NCBI GenBank assembly: GCA_001788215.1
Contig: MGAO01000032.1
Location: 184 to 44,877 of the forward strand
Reading direction: 5' to 3'
DNA: 44,694 nucleotides
Source: Candidatus Roizmanbacteria bacterium RIFCSPLOWO2_01_FULL_40_14
GTDB taxonomy: Bacteria > Patescibacteriota > Microgenomatia > GCA-001788215 > 2-01-FULL-40-14
The position numbers were made by a program, and so were the translations under genes. Every line of letters starts with the position of its first letter. Within the stretch, counting starts at the first letter, position 1. Under the pieces are notes generated by a model that worked only from the letters and a program-made list of their open reading frames with translations, searched no databases and had not been told where the DNA came from. Shown piece by piece: positions 1 through 9,478 of the stretch.

Positions 1-155
1 CGATCGGAAAAGGTGCCGTCGTTGCAGCCGGAGCAGTTGTGAGTAAAGACGTTGCACCATTTACCGTCGTGGGGGGCGTTCCCGCGGTAAAAATAAGAGA
101 CAGAAAGTTAAAAAATCCTCTGTATACATTAGGTCGTGTCCGCATGTTTCAGTGA
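1..155 (+). CDS. Hexapeptide-repeat sugar O-acyltransferase, 3' end (partial)
   Basis: Frame 3 reads IGKGAVVAAGAVVSKDVAPFTVVGGVPAVKIRDR...MFQ*, the typical LbH acetyltransferase C-terminus. TGA at 153-155 overlaps the next GTG start. Confidence 0.85.
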   Translation, partial: IGKGAVVAAGAVVSKDVAPFTVVGGVPAVKIRDRKLKNPLYTLGRVRMFQ

Positions 156-1033
156 CGGATCTTACTATCATTATTGTCAATTACTACACCAACAAGCTTC
201 TTGAGAAGTGTATTTCTTCAATTGTTCATTCGAATCCACAGATGAATTATGAAATCATCGTGGTCGATAATGGATCGAAATCAGATATCAGTTATCAGAT
301 ATCAGTTTTCAGAAAATACAACAAAAAAATATCTATATCATTAATTCAAAACAAAGAGAACGTGGGGTTTGGAAAAGCAGATAATCAGGCGGCTAAACAG
401 GCAAAAGGGGAATATATTTTATTTCTGAATGTTGATACAGAAGTGCTGGACGATTCTATAACGAAACTATTTGAATTTGTTCGGGATACTCCGAACGTTT
501 CAGTTGCCGGCGCTAAGTTGTTAAATGTAGATAAAACAGATCAGCCATCGTGCGGGCCATTTTACTCGGTGCCGGTCACCTTCGGCATGCTGTTTTTAAA
601 GGGTGATCATATTGGTCTGACACGCTGGTCACCTAATTACGTGAAACAAGTAGACTGGATATCAGGTGCGTGCATGCTCATGAAGAAGAAAACTTTTGAA
701 TCCCTGGGAGGATTTGATGAAGGGATATTTATGTATATGGAGGAGATTGAGTTTCTGCATCGGGCTAAAAATAAACAATATCAAACATATTTTTATCCGG
801 ACGCCCGTATGGTACACATCGGTGCGGCGGCAAGTGGATCGAAGAAAACACCGGTACTGAATATTTATCGCGGTCTTTTGTATTATTATCAAAAACATCG
901 ATCGCCGGGGGAGTTGCTGTTGTTAAAGCTCATGTTAAAGACAAAAGCCGCCATTTCATATATACTGGGTGTTCTAGCCAATAATTCATATTTGCGCGAA
1001 ACGTATGCAAAAGCTTATACAGTGGTGGGATAA
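152..1033 (+). CDS. Glycosyltransferase family 2 (WbbL/rhamnosyltransferase-like)
   Basis: IIIVNY, VVDNGS, NVGFGKADN, ILFLNVD, VDWISGACML and FMYMEEIE motifs. Confidence 0.9.
   Translation: MTDLTIIIVNYYTNKLLEKCISSIVHSNPQMNYEIIVVDNGSKSDISYQISVFRKYNKKISISLIQNKENVGFGKADNQAAKQAKGEYILFLNVDTEVLDDSITKLFEFVRDTPNVSVAGAKLLNVDKTDQPSCGPFYSVPVTFGMLFLKGDHIGLTRWSPNYVKQVDWISGACMLMKKKTFESLGGFDEGIFMYMEEIEFLHRAKNKQYQTYFYPDARMVHIGAAASGSKKTPVLNIYRGLLYYYQKHRSPGELLLLKLMLKTKAAISYILGVLANNSYLRETYAKAYTVVG
281..315 (+). repeat. In-frame 7-nt tandem array (TCAGWWW x5) inside GT2
   Basis: tcagata tcagtta tcagata tcagttt tcagaaa, just after the VVDNGS codons. Confidence 0.8.
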
Positions 1034-4000
1034 GTATGTGCTGAAATTCGGAGTTCTGTTTCTGCTGATCTTCATACCGCTTTTTCCAAAAATCCCTCTA
1101 TTACCGCAATTGTTTGATATACGACAAACCTGGCAGTATATCCGCTTGGACGATATCGTGGTCGCCTTGCTTGCGGGCATATTTGTTATCGAGACGATAA
1201 AGCGGAGAACTACCATAAAAAGCCCTCTTTCAATCCCAATTGTCGTGTACTGGATTATCGGAGCATTATCAGTTGTTCATGCATTACTGTTTATGGTTGG
1301 TACTGTTCCTCACCTATTTTCCCATCTTGTCATATTTCACTACCTGCGACGCATAGAATATCTGATTCTCTTTTTTATTTCGTTCAGCAGTATCAAAAGC
1401 AAGAAAGATGTACAGCACTATATCTTTGCATTTCTCATTGCATTTATTGCAATTATGCTCTACGGATATGGACAAAAATTACTGCCCGCCACTGTTCCTG
1501 CATTTCCAACGATGAATGAAGAGTTTGCGAAAGGAGATCCGATATACCTCGATACCGATTCACGCATCATATCATCATTTGCAGGTCACTATGATCTCGC
1601 AGCGTATCTGGTATTTACCTTGGCAATAATCGGTAGTTTTTTTCTTGGTCTGCCAAATGCGGTAAAAAAGATCAGCCTAGCAGTACTGGGTATATCGGGA
1701 TTGGTACTCATGATGTTTACTAAATCCCGCGTTTCATTCAGCGCTTTTATTGTTTCAATTATTGTATTGTTGCTCCTGCATAAAAAAAAGTGGTTGATTG
1801 CGCCGCTTGTAGTATTGGGGTTTGCATCTCTTTTTTTTGGCGGAGGACTGTCGGATCGGTTCGGAAAAACGGTCCGCGTCGAACCCGTCGTTTACCAACT
1901 TCCACAGGAAAAACCTCTGGCAACGCTTGAAGATTTCATCAGGGTTACACCTACACCTTACGAAGAATTGCCATTGGGTAGTGGATATTTGGATGCGCCC
2001 TTTCTTGAGAGATTTGGGGAGCCATATACGGTAGAGCTGATCAATTACTCAGAAGCAACTTCCTCCGCAGTCCCTTTGCCGCGTACCTATCTCGTTAAGC
2101 AAACAATGGTTTACGACATATCGTTAACAACGAGGATTCAGGGGCAATGGCCGCGCGCCGTCGAAGCACTCAAACGGAATATCCTGCTCGGAAGCGGGTA
2201 CTCTGCTCTGGGGGCGGCAACTGACGGAGATTATTTCAGGATGCTGGGAGAAACGGGTATGTTAGGGACCATCAGTTTTTTAAGCATCTTTGTCCTTTTC
2301 TTCCTGATAGTCGCCAGCTATCTTAAGCATGAAAAAGATCCGTTTTTACGATCATTTGTTATTGGAGTGTCCGCAGGACTGAGCGGGCTTTTTGTTAATG
2401 CAATTTTTATAGATATTTTTGAGGCTTCCAAAATAGCATACGTGATGTGGATGACGATAGGAGTTGTTACTGCTCTGATTGTTTTAAAAACTAACGATGC
2501 ATCAATTCCCTGGAAGGACTTAAGGACTTTTTTCAAGAGCACACCTGTTGCGATAGGGATTATGTTGTTGGTCAGCATACTTCTTTTTTACCGTGTTCTT
2601 TTTCACCATTTTTCAGGTGATGATTTTACCTGGCTTAGGTGGGCGATGACAACAACACCGAGTGATATTGTCAGATATTTTGTTGATTCAGATAAATTTT
2701 TTTATCGTCCGCTCACCAAAACTGTTTTCTACTCGTTATATCAGATTTTTGGAAAAGAACAACCTGCGTTATATCATCTGACCAGTCTCGTATTTCATAT
2801 GATCAGTACTTTTCTGGTATATCTGATCGTAAAAATTATTTCCAACAAGAGGTTTATCGCATTTGTAGCTTCTCTGCTATTTTTAATTCACCCCATTCAC
2901 GCTGAAAACATTTTCTGGGTTTCAGGACTATCGAGTGTTATGAGTGGCAGTTTATATTTAGCATCTGTTTATGACATGCTCGTTTTTGATCGTACTAAAA
3001 AATGGCATCGATGGATTTGGTATGGATTGAGCTTGCTTTCATTTGCTTTAGCGCTTTCCTCATATGAAATGTCTATGTCGCTTCCCGGAATTCTTCTGAT
3101 GTACTATATTTTCAAACGTAAATATCGTATGTATGGAGCTGTTATGCCGCGTATTCGATCATTTATATATCGTGCTGTTCTTCCCGTACTACCGCACATG
3201 CTTGTGTTACTCATATATCTCTACGTACGAAACGCTATCGCAGAATCATACTGGATGCAGGGAGATTATAATGTGAATATCGTAAAACTGCCCTTTAATA
3301 TTGTTGGTAATAGTATCGGCTATGTCGGTGAACTATTGGTTGGATTTTCAGCAATTTCCTGGTATGACTATTTAAGAATGACTCTTCGAGAGAATCTTAT
3401 TCTCGCGATGTTTGTTGGAATTAGTCTTATTTCTCTTCTCTTTTTGACCGTAAAGACGATGTTCAAGAATAAAAATCTGCTTTCTTCAGATATACTTATG
3501 TATACCGGCTGGTTTTTTATTTCTCTCGTTCCGGCACTCGGACTGGGTAATATCGCAGAGCGATATTTATATGTCCCTTCGGTTGGCGGTGTTGGCATTA
3601 TTGCAGTGATACTCTATAAAATAGGGCAACGCAGTCTTGTATCAAAAATAGTTGCGTCGATTCTCCTTGGAGGATTAATAAGCATATACACAATCCAGTT
3701 GAGCCATGCAAAGGAAACATGGAGACAAGCAGGAACAATTGCGCATAATGTTATAGAATCAGTATCAGAAGCGCATGTCACGTTTCCCGATGACAGTACG
3801 CTGTATTTTATTAATATTCCCCTTCGTGTCGAACGAGCATGGGTTTTTCCGGTAGGGCTTGATGATGCCATCTGGCTTACCTATCAAAATGATGCGATTA
3901 CTGTTGAGACAGGGCTTGACCTTGAAACTGCTCTTAAGCTGAAAGAGAAAACACCGAACTCATATGTATTTGTCTATAATAATGATACGTTACAAGAAAT

Positions 4001-4037
4001 TGAAGGAACAGGTATTCAAGAACCGCTTAATGAATAG
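1005..4037 (+). CDS. Large membrane protein: O-antigen ligase-like domain fused to a GT-C (TMTC/PMT-like) glycosyltransferase
   Basis: N-half has RIISSFAGHYDLAAYL, TKSRVS, SLTTRIQGQWPRA..LLGSGYS and DGDYFRMLGETG. C-half has SGDDFTWL, FYRPL, HPIHAENIFWVSG, SYE and AERYLYVPS. Many TM segments. Confidence 0.7.
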   Translation: MQKLIQWWDKYVLKFGVLFLLIFIPLFPKIPLLPQLFDIRQTWQYIRLDDIVVALLAGIFVIETIKRRTTIKSPLSIPIVVYWIIGALSVVHALLFMVGTVPHLFSHLVIFHYLRRIEYLILFFISFSSIKSKKDVQHYIFAFLIAFIAIMLYGYGQKLLPATVPAFPTMNEEFAKGDPIYLDTDSRIISSFAGHYDLAAYLVFTLAIIGSFFLGLPNAVKKISLAVLGISGLVLMMFTKSRVSFSAFIVSIIVLLLLHKKKWLIAPLVVLGFASLFFGGGLSDRFGKTVRVEPVVYQLPQEKPLATLEDFIRVTPTPYEELPLGSGYLDAPFLERFGEPYTVELINYSEATSSAVPLPRTYLVKQTMVYDISLTTRIQGQWPRAVEALKRNILLGSGYSALGAATDGDYFRMLGETGMLGTISFLSIFVLFFLIVASYLKHEKDPFLRSFVIGVSAGLSGLFVNAIFIDIFEASKIAYVMWMTIGVVTALIVLKTNDASIPWKDLRTFFKSTPVAIGIMLLVSILLFYRVLFHHFSGDDFTWLRWAMTTTPSDIVRYFVDSDKFFYRPLTKTVFYSLYQIFGKEQPALYHLTSLVFHMISTFLVYLIVKIISNKRFIAFVASLLFLIHPIHAENIFWVSGLSSVMSGSLYLASVYDMLVFDRTKKWHRWIWYGLSLLSFALALSSYEMSMSLPGILLMYYIFKRKYRMYGAVMPRIRSFIYRAVLPVLPHMLVLLIYLYVRNAIAESYWMQGDYNVNIVKLPFNIVGNSIGYVGELLVGFSAISWYDYLRMTLRENLILAMFVGISLISLLFLTVKTMFKNKNLLSSDILMYTGWFFISLVPALGLGNIAERYLYVPSVGGVGIIAVILYKIGQRSLVSKIVASILLGGLISIYTIQLSHAKETWRQAGTIAHNVIESVSEAHVTFPDDSTLYFINIPLRVERAWVFPVGLDDAIWLTYQNDAITVETGLDLETALKLKEKTPNSYVFVYNNDTLQEIEGTGIQEPLNE

Positions 4038-5589
4038 TAAATTTCTCTTGGTGTTGATTATTATTGTTGCATTTGCAGTTCGATTGTATCGAATAGACAG
4101 TCCTGTGGCAGACTGGCATTCCTGGCGTCAAGCAGACACCTCGGCGGTTACTAGAAATTTCTCCAAATTTGGTTTTAACCCGCTCTTTCCCCGGTATGAC
4201 GATCTTTCAAATATACAAACAGGCGTAGATAATCCTGAGGGGTATCGGTTTGTAGAGTTCCCTGTTTATCAATCTTTCGTGTTTATGCTAAGTAAACTAG
4301 CGGCACCGCTGCCGATTTCTCTGGAAGTATGGCATCGGATAGTATCTATTTTGGCTTCATTGGGGTCTCTCTATTTAATCTACGAGCTGGGCAAGCGATA
4401 TGCCAACGAACGAGTCGGACTGATTTCAGCAGGTTTTTATGCAATCTTGCCGTACTCAATATATTACTCACGCGTTATTCTGCCGGAAGTATTTTTGGGG
4501 TTCTTCATGTTGTTAACGCTCTATTTGTTTAGTAAAGCTATTGTTCCTGTTAACCCTTCCGAGATTCAACATTCATTTGCATCGCTCATATCATTTCTAT
4601 TCCCTAAAAAAAGCTTGTCTGTTCGGTCAGTTGCCGTGTATCCTGAGTTTCTACTCGCATCAGCTATAAGTGCCGCACTAGCACTTCTTATCAAACCAGT
4701 TTCCATTTTCTTTTTACTTCCTATCATTTATTTTTGGTTTCAGTATCTGTTGTTTTCAAGAAAGTATGTGTTATACGGAATAACGTATCTGTTGATTATG
4801 GTTGTTCCTCTGGTGGCATGGAGGCTTTGGATTCAGCAGTTTCCTGAAGGGATACCTGCATGGACGTGGTTATTAAATGGAGACCAAGTACCGTATAACA
4901 ATCTCAAACTATCGGAATGGATATATCATCCTCTTGGCATTCGGTTTAAAGGCGCATTTTTTAGATGGTTGTTTGCTGAACGACTTACAAAACTCATACT
5001 CGGATATAGCGGTGTAGCCTTTTTGGTACTGGGAATATTGGCAAAAAAAGGTATAAAACAAAAACTTTTTTTTCATATGCTCGGTTTAGGAGCGTTACTC
5101 TACATAACCGTGTTTGCGGGAGGAAATGTTCGGCATGATTACTATCAAGTTATTACACTTCCTATCGTTGTTTTGTATGCGGGTATGGGAGTTGATTTTC
5201 TGTTAACCAATAGAAATAGACTATTTGATTCTATAAGTACCTATGCCATGATTGTGGTATTAGTTGGATTTACGCTCGCATTTTCATGGTTTGAAATACG
5301 GGGATATTATTGGATTAATAATCCGGCTATCGTTGAAGCAGGAATACAAGCAGATCAACTGTTGCCAGAACAGGCAAAAGTAATTGCTCCTTACGGAGGC
5401 GATACGGCATTTTTGTATCAAATAAACCGTCAAGGTTGGCCAATCGGGTTTGAAATAGAGGATAAAATTGCCAAAGGAGCCACTCATTATGTCAGCGTTT
5501 CTCCCCAAGATCCTGAAGCGCTCGATCTAAAAGAACGCTATACGGTACTTGCTGAAACTGATTCTTATATCATTATTAATCTGCAATGA
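4030..5589 (+). CDS. ArnT/PMT_2-like (GT39/GT83) membrane glycosyltransferase
   Basis: DWHSWRQADT, EFPVY, YYSRVILPE, LIKP and HDYYQ motifs; multi-TM. ATG 4030 (MNSKFLL) preferred over 3964 because it overlaps the upstream gene only briefly. Confidence 0.8.
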   Translation: MNSKFLLVLIIIVAFAVRLYRIDSPVADWHSWRQADTSAVTRNFSKFGFNPLFPRYDDLSNIQTGVDNPEGYRFVEFPVYQSFVFMLSKLAAPLPISLEVWHRIVSILASLGSLYLIYELGKRYANERVGLISAGFYAILPYSIYYSRVILPEVFLGFFMLLTLYLFSKAIVPVNPSEIQHSFASLISFLFPKKSLSVRSVAVYPEFLLASAISAALALLIKPVSIFFLLPIIYFWFQYLLFSRKYVLYGITYLLIMVVPLVAWRLWIQQFPEGIPAWTWLLNGDQVPYNNLKLSEWIYHPLGIRFKGAFFRWLFAERLTKLILGYSGVAFLVLGILAKKGIKQKLFFHMLGLGALLYITVFAGGNVRHDYYQVITLPIVVLYAGMGVDFLLTNRNRLFDSISTYAMIVVLVGFTLAFSWFEIRGYYWINNPAIVEAGIQADQLLPEQAKVIAPYGGDTAFLYQINRQGWPIGFEIEDKIAKGATHYVSVSPQDPEALDLKERYTVLAETDSYIIINLQ

Positions 5590-6779
5590 AAACCATTTTA
5601 TTCCTTTCATATGATTTGCCCTATCCGTTGGATGCGGGTGGCAAGATCCGTTCATACCATTTAATACGTCAGCTCTCCAAGCAATACAAGGTTCGCTTGC
5701 TCTATTTCTATCGTATTGCTCAGAAAGAGGCATATGAGAGAAAACTTAGTTCTTTTTGTGATGAACTGATTGGTTTTAAACGCAGGCCCGTTAATTCTCT
5801 GGTGACCTTGCGCTATTTAAATAAATACCCATTTCCCGCGGCTTTATATTTAGATCAGAGTGTTGTAGAAAGAGTACAAAAAGAGGTCAATAATGGTATT
5901 GGTGCCCTTCATTTCGAGTCATTTTATACAAGTATGTACATTTCTGAACATATTTCTGTTCCACAAATATTGGGTACAGAAAATATTGAATGGCGTGTCT
6001 ATAAAGACTATGCAAATGTTGAAAAGAATCCCTTGGTCCGTTCTTTCTTTAATTTCGAGGCGAGGAGAATTCAGTCCTTTGAGATTAAAACCTGGCGAAA
6101 AGCAGATCGGTGTCTTGCTGTTTCACCTGAAAATGCCAAAGAAATCCAACAATATGTTGATGTTCCGGTTGATCTTATAAAAAATGGCGTTGATACGAAT
6201 TATTTTGAACCTTCTCAAAAAAAGAATAAATCCAATACTCTCTTGTTTGTTGGAAATTTTAACTATATTCAAAATATAGATGCGGCGAATTATTTACTGA
6301 CGGATATCGCACCGCGTATTCCACCAGAATTTTCTCTTCGTCTGGTGGGAAGAAATCCGACGGCAGAAATTATGGCGCATTTGTCGCAGGCTCAGAAGTT
6401 AAGTAAATGCGACATTACCGTTGATTCGCACGTTGAAGATATTCAAGACGCGTATCAAAATGCATTCGTTTTGGTTGCGCCCTTGCGGACCGGCTCGGGG
6501 ACTAAATTTAAAATACTCGAGGCATTGGCTTCTGGTGTTCCCGTGGTAGCGACGAGACTTGCCGCTGAAGGTATTGACGTTGAACATGAGAAGCATGTCT
6601 TGGTAGCAGATAATCCTGAAAGTATTATTTCCTGTATACAACAGCTTGCGAAGGATAGAAAACTTTATGAAAAACTTGAAAAAAATGGAAGAAAATTAAT
6701 AGAGTTGAAATATAGTTGGGATGCGATAGGAAACGATTTACGAAACGTCTATGAAAAAACTTTCAATCATCATCGTTAA
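5586..6779 (+). CDS. Glycosyltransferase family 4
   Basis: PYPLDAGGKIR, NGVDTNYF, APLRTGSGTKFKILEALASGVPVV and YSW motifs; ATGA coupling. Confidence 0.9.
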   Translation: MKTILFLSYDLPYPLDAGGKIRSYHLIRQLSKQYKVRLLYFYRIAQKEAYERKLSSFCDELIGFKRRPVNSLVTLRYLNKYPFPAALYLDQSVVERVQKEVNNGIGALHFESFYTSMYISEHISVPQILGTENIEWRVYKDYANVEKNPLVRSFFNFEARRIQSFEIKTWRKADRCLAVSPENAKEIQQYVDVPVDLIKNGVDTNYFEPSQKKNKSNTLLFVGNFNYIQNIDAANYLLTDIAPRIPPEFSLRLVGRNPTAEIMAHLSQAQKLSKCDITVDSHVEDIQDAYQNAFVLVAPLRTGSGTKFKILEALASGVPVVATRLAAEGIDVEHEKHVLVADNPESIISCIQQLAKDRKLYEKLEKNGRKLIELKYSWDAIGNDLRNVYEKTFNHHR

Positions 6780-7620
6780 CTACAATACGGAACAATTTCT
6801 CGAAAAGTGTCTTGATTCTTTGGGGAAGATTCCAAATGACTGGGAAGTTATTGTGGTAGATAACGGGTCAAGAAATAGATTTAAGATTAAAGATTTAGGA
6901 TATAAGATTAAAACTATTTACAGTAAAACGAATATGGGCTTTGCAAAAGCGAACAATAGGGGCATTCGTGAATCTTCTGGAAAATTTATTCTTCTTCTCA
7001 ATCCCGATACAATTGTTTCTCAAGATGCGATTAATAGAGTTGTGGATTATTTGGAATCGCATACCGATGTCGGGGTTGCCACGTGTAGAGCTGAATTATT
7101 ATCCGGTGCAATCGACGATGCGAGTCATCGCGGTTTTCCGACCCCATGGAATGCGCTGTGTCATTTTACCGGACTCGGAACATTGTTTCCAAAAAGTGTT
7201 TTGCTGAACGGATATCATCTGGGATATCAACGTATGGATCGCATTCATGAGATTGATGCCTGCGCGGGAGCCTTTATGATGGTTCGAAGAGAGGCGGGAG
7301 ATAAAGTGGGATGGCTCGATGAAGATTATTTTTGGTACGGAGAGGATCTGGACTTTTGTTACCGTATAAAGCAACATGGATTTAAAATAATGTATATCCC
7401 CAATGTTTCAATTACTCACTATAAAGGAGTTGCATCCGGTATAAAAAAACACTCTCAATATATCTCGACTGCCGATTCGCAAATTACTAAACGAGCTCAG
7501 CAGGCTCGGTTTGACGTGATGCGGATATTTTATGAAAAACATTATAAAAACAAATATCCGAGGTTTGTTACTTTTCTCGTCAATATGGGTATTTCTATGC
7601 TTAAGAAGTGGTATGTGTAG
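6751..7620 (+). CDS. Glycosyltransferase family 2
   Basis: SIIIVNYN, VVDNGS, NMGFAKANNRG, LLLNPD, GAFMMVR and FWYGEDLDFCYR motifs. Confidence 0.9.
   Translation: MKKLSIIIVNYNTEQFLEKCLDSLGKIPNDWEVIVVDNGSRNRFKIKDLGYKIKTIYSKTNMGFAKANNRGIRESSGKFILLLNPDTIVSQDAINRVVDYLESHTDVGVATCRAELLSGAIDDASHRGFPTPWNALCHFTGLGTLFPKSVLLNGYHLGYQRMDRIHEIDACAGAFMMVRREAGDKVGWLDEDYFWYGEDLDFCYRIKQHGFKIMYIPNVSITHYKGVASGIKKHSQYISTADSQITKRAQQARFDVMRIFYEKHYKNKYPRFVTFLVNMGISMLKKWYV
6874..6908 (+). repeat. In-frame 7-nt tandem array (nnnnGAT x5) inside GT2
   Basis: aatagat ttaagat taaagat ttaggat ataagat, one codon after VVDNGS. Confidence 0.75.
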
Positions 7621-7637
7621 AGTAAAATAGCAGAACC

Positions 7638-7958
7638 ATGAAAATAAAAAAATCGCAAGCAGTCATTGAAGATTGGAGTAAGGTTCACAGTCTCAATTAC
7701 AAATTGACGCATATCCAGCCTTATCAGTCTGTGGTCTTTGCTGAGCTTAACGGGGTTCATGGAAGAGTGAAGACAAAAGATCTTGAGAGAATTTATTATA
7801 TTTTAGAGGGTAGCGGTGAATTTGAGATAGCGGGAAAAGTAATTCGGGTTGACACAGGAGATGTGCTGACTGTACCTCCCGACACTTATTATGATTATAA
7901 ACCAGTAGGTTCTAAACCTTTGAAAATTCTGCTCTTTATGGAACTCTGGGACAACTGA
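7638..7958 (+). CDS. Cupin domain protein
   Basis: ERIYYILEGSGEFEIAG...GDVLTVPPDTYY cupin motifs. Confidence 0.85.
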   Translation: MKIKKSQAVIEDWSKVHSLNYKLTHIQPYQSVVFAELNGVHGRVKTKDLERIYYILEGSGEFEIAGKVIRVDTGDVLTVPPDTYYDYKPVGSKPLKILLFMELWDN

Positions 7959-7964
7959 CTATTT

Positions 7965-9041
7965 ATGAGAATCGGTATTGATACACGATTACAAAATGAA
8001 ACAGGAGTTGGTCGGTATATCCGGAATCTTATAACGTATCTTCCCCAACTGGATACGAAAAACGAATATGTTTTTATTAATCCGGATATAAAATGGCATA
8101 CCCTTGAAGAGCAAATTAAAATGCCAGCCGTATTAAATGCCTATAATCTTGATCTGGTGCACATCCCCTACTTTAATGTACCCGTTTTTTATACAAAACC
8201 ATTTGTCGTAACGATACATGACTTGATCGTCAATGAATATCGTACCGGACAGGCAAGTACACAAAATGTTCTTGTATACGGATTGAAACGGATCGGTTAT
8301 CAATACAGTATTAATCATGCCGTTCAAAAATCCTGCGCAATTATCGTTCCTTCTCACGCAACAAAAGATAAACTGATTGAATTGTACCCGCGTGTTCATC
8401 GAAATAAAATATGCGTGACCTATGAAGGAGTTGATCTAAAATCAGCAAACGGCAAACCCTCCGAATCGGAGGGCAAACAGCTAACAGCTAACAGCAGAAT
8501 TACAAACAATAAATTTTTCCTCTATGTCGGCAATGCGTATCCGCACAAAAACGTTGAGACATTGCTGAAAGCCTTTGCACAGCTCAATAATCCTGAGATA
8601 CAATTGGTGATCGTCGGGAAGAAGAACTATTTTACGGATCGATTAACACATAGTATTAAAGAACTGGATATTGCTGACAGAATAATTTTTCCCGGAGAGA
8701 TTCCCGATGCAGAATTGGCATGGCTCTATAAACATGCACAGGCATTAGTTCTTCCCTCTCTCATGGAAGGATTTGGACTGCCGGCTTTGGAGGCTATGCA
8801 GTTTCGCGCAAGTGTCATTGCCAGCGACATTCCCGTGTTTCATGAGATATGCCAGCAGTCGGCATTCTATTTTAATCCCTTCAATGTTGACCAGTTGACG
8901 GCGTTATTGAAGGATATTACCAGTTCTGCCAAAAAATCCGACATGCAAAAGAAAAAAGATTTTGGTGAAAAAAGAGCACGGGAATTCAGCTGGAAAAAAA
9001 TGGTAAATGAGACCATAAAAATATATAATACGTGCCTATGA
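7965..9041 (+). CDS. Glycosyltransferase family 4 (mannosyltransferase-like)
   Basis: RIGIDTR, TGVGRY, VVTIHDL, YVGNAYPHKN, PSLMEGFGLPALEAM and FSW motifs. Confidence 0.9.
   Translation: MRIGIDTRLQNETGVGRYIRNLITYLPQLDTKNEYVFINPDIKWHTLEEQIKMPAVLNAYNLDLVHIPYFNVPVFYTKPFVVTIHDLIVNEYRTGQASTQNVLVYGLKRIGYQYSINHAVQKSCAIIVPSHATKDKLIELYPRVHRNKICVTYEGVDLKSANGKPSESEGKQLTANSRITNNKFFLYVGNAYPHKNVETLLKAFAQLNNPEIQLVIVGKKNYFTDRLTHSIKELDIADRIIFPGEIPDAELAWLYKHAQALVLPSLMEGFGLPALEAMQFRASVIASDIPVFHEICQQSAFYFNPFNVDQLTALLKDITSSAKKSDMQKKKDFGEKRAREFSWKKMVNETIKIYNTCL
8444..8499 (+). repeat. In-frame 7-nt array (RGCWAAC) containing a hairpin insert
   Basis: agcaaac ggcaaac [cctccgaatcggag] ggcaaac agctaac agctaac agcagaa; inverted repeat ccctccga-a-tcggaggg at 8457-8473. 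Confidence 0.8.
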
Positions 9042-9478
9042 AAGAACTTATATATGAACAAATAAAATTTGCCAGTACGGTAGAGGATGTTAGGCAGAGT
9101 GTAGTACGGCTACTCGGGAAATTACGATTGAAAGATGATGTTGAGAGAATTGGCTACGTTTCTGGAATAATCACCTCAGGGGGATCAATTGAGGAAAATA
9201 TTCAACGTCTTATTGCTCATACTGATAGGCTTAGAACTATTCATAATTTTCCAATATTTACACCTCCCGATGTATTTCCAGACGACGTGTTTGAAAGAAC
9301 GAATGCAATTAACCATCCTTCAGAGAAATGGATCGAATTTTGGCGAACAATTCTTGAAAGTGGTCATGTTACTGACATTTTTATGACTCCCCGTTGGCAA
9401 CTGTCAAGAGGAGCTACGGATGAACACGAAACAGCCCAACGGATCGGAATCACTATTCATTATGTCGAAGAAGAGTAA
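9038..9478 (+). CDS. DUF4406 / nucleoside 2-deoxyribosyltransferase-like fold protein
   Basis: GYVSGIIT near the N-terminus and DIFMTPRWQLSRGATDEHETAQRIGITI at the C-terminus; ATGA coupling at 9038-9041. Confidence 0.6.
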   Translation: MKELIYEQIKFASTVEDVRQSVVRLLGKLRLKDDVERIGYVSGIITSGGSIEENIQRLIAHTDRLRTIHNFPIFTPPDVFPDDVFERTNAINHPSEKWIEFWRTILESGHVTDIFMTPRWQLSRGATDEHETAQRIGITIHYVEEE

